A DNA stretch of 63,765 nt, the filler included, from Octopus bimaculoides (Eukaryota), in the NCBI RefSeq assembly GCF_001194135.2. It is 7 parts of 7 records of this genome, joined end to end, with 100 filler letters (N's around TTAATTAATTAA, not from the genome) between each part and the next. Parts side by side here need not be neighbours in the genome. Positions count along the whole stretch, not along the records: positions 61,454 to 63,765 come from NC_068988.1; 6 more parts are not named here. One strand, 5' to 3'. Positions 62,471-63,765 of the stretch are shown here, piece by piece. Positions within the stretch are counted from its first letter, which is position 1; every line of letters starts with the position of its first letter. The translations under genes and the position numbers were made by a program. The notes under the pieces are model-generated. The model saw only the letters and a list, made by a program, of their open reading frames with translations. It had not been told where the DNA came from and did not search any database.

Positions 62471-63214
62471 ATGTTAGGTCAAAGGAGAATAATATTGCAG
62501 TTTATTGTCGGGAATTTGGCGTAATCGAAACCAGAGCTCATGTCTTCCAAAAGACGACTTTGTAATAAAAATTGATTTCTTTTCATTTGTTTTTGGCGCT
62601 TCTTTGTTTTATATTTCCATCTCTATACTCTTATGTCTATCCTATATTTTTCTATCTTTCTTCAATTCTTTGTTTATTTATTCGTTTAGTTCATTTTGCT
62701 TTTTCATTAAATATTCTAAATTTTTCTTTTAATAACTTCCGTCTCTGCCGCCCTCCTTTTACCCCACTCTCATTAAAATATGTTTCTTTCCATAGTGCTT
62801 GTGTTGCAGTTTAGGTATTCTAGAAGTAGACCATTGCACCGACATAAACCTACACCATGCTGGGCAGCGTAGAACAAACTCTAACCAACACAATCCTTTT
62901 AGCTCACTTAGAATACCGATACATAAAAGGTGAAATAATTAACTCTTAAATCAATGGGACATAGCATAATTTTTCGACTTTCATTCTTGACAACATACCA
63001 CACAAACATATACGCGTGGGTATGCAAGAAAGAGATGGAATTTCTTCACTTAATCACGTTAACTACTTAACAGACACCCCAAATTCCACCCTTTCCCTCT
63101 ATTCAACAAAGAATTGCGGTTGAAGGAATGCTTTAATATTTATGTAATTTAATCAGAGTCAAATAGACGTCATTGATCCTCAATTCAATAAATCGCTTTG
63201 TCTTGACAAGCACT

Positions 63215-63360
63215 TGCAGGCATGATTAAAAAGTTCGTTTTGCAATGCCGTATTTTCCAGTTCAATCCCTCTGTGCGGCACCTTGAGAAAGTATCGTCAT
63301 GCCTTGGCCGGTACCATATTGAACGAAATTGTGTTGACGGTAACAATACCGGAGCCTGTC
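63215..63360 (+). mobile_element. Degenerate SINE family A-like 5' half
   Basis: CCAGTTCAATCCCTCTGTGCGGCACCTTGAGAAAGT. Confidence 0.5.
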
Positions 63361-63471
63361 CGATGGATTATATCTACTCTTTGGTGGGATACTGAATACG
63401 TTATCTTGTTTAACATTATCATTTGGTATTTGGATACCTTCAACAGAGCTCACTCTTTACAATTATGAGTA

Positions 63472-63765
63472 TTCTTATACTTGTTTCAGTCATTTGACTG
63501 CGGCCATGCTAGAGCACCGCCTTTTAGTCGAACAAATCAACCCCAGGACTTATTCTTTGGAAGCCTAGTACTTATTCTATCGGTCTCTTTTCCCGAACCG
63601 CGTAAACACACCACCATCGGTTGTCAAGCGATGTTGGGGGGGGGGGGACAAACACAGACACACAAACACATACACACATACATATATATATATACATATA
63701 TACGACGGGCTTCTTTCAGTTTCCGTCTACCAAATCCACTCACAAGGCTATAGTAGAAGACACTT
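63472..63765 (-). mobile_element. SINE family A, cut by the window end
   Basis: 3' tail, poly-G, microsatellite and CTTTCAGTTTCCGTCTACCAAATCCACTCACAAGG. Confidence 0.9.

Overview
AT-rich eukaryotic genomic DNA, dense in microsatellites, with many N-gaps and six artificial 100-bp scaffold linkers (44 N + TTAATTAATTAA + 44 N). The SINE/LINE complement looks like an octopus (coleoid cephalopod) genome; this is an inference from repeat-family recall. I recognise only one host gene: a minus-strand ATOH8/net-type bHLH transcription factor ORF (1794-3986). It has no ATG in its first 636 codons and is preceded by a strong-Kozak short ORF and a large strand-switching triplet-repeat fold-back region. 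The remaining ~57 kb is a gene desert filled with decayed mobile elements. These include at least five tRNA-derived SINE families (labelled A-D and F here for convenience) and two copies of an uncharacterised ~550-bp element (E) flanked by (ATT)n. There are eight R4/Dong-type RLE-LINE fragments, mostly stacked head-to-tail in TAA microsatellites, plus Tx1/L1, CR1/L2-like, I/Jockey-like and RTE LINE remnants. Two Penelope-like (Naiad-type) fragments are present, one with a possible decayed hammerhead motif, along with a dead DD34D mariner, a Tigger/pogo C-terminus and a 75-81-bp minisatellite. Most ORFs in the supplied track are microsatellite or gap artefacts. No rRNA, true tRNA gene or CRISPR array is supported.
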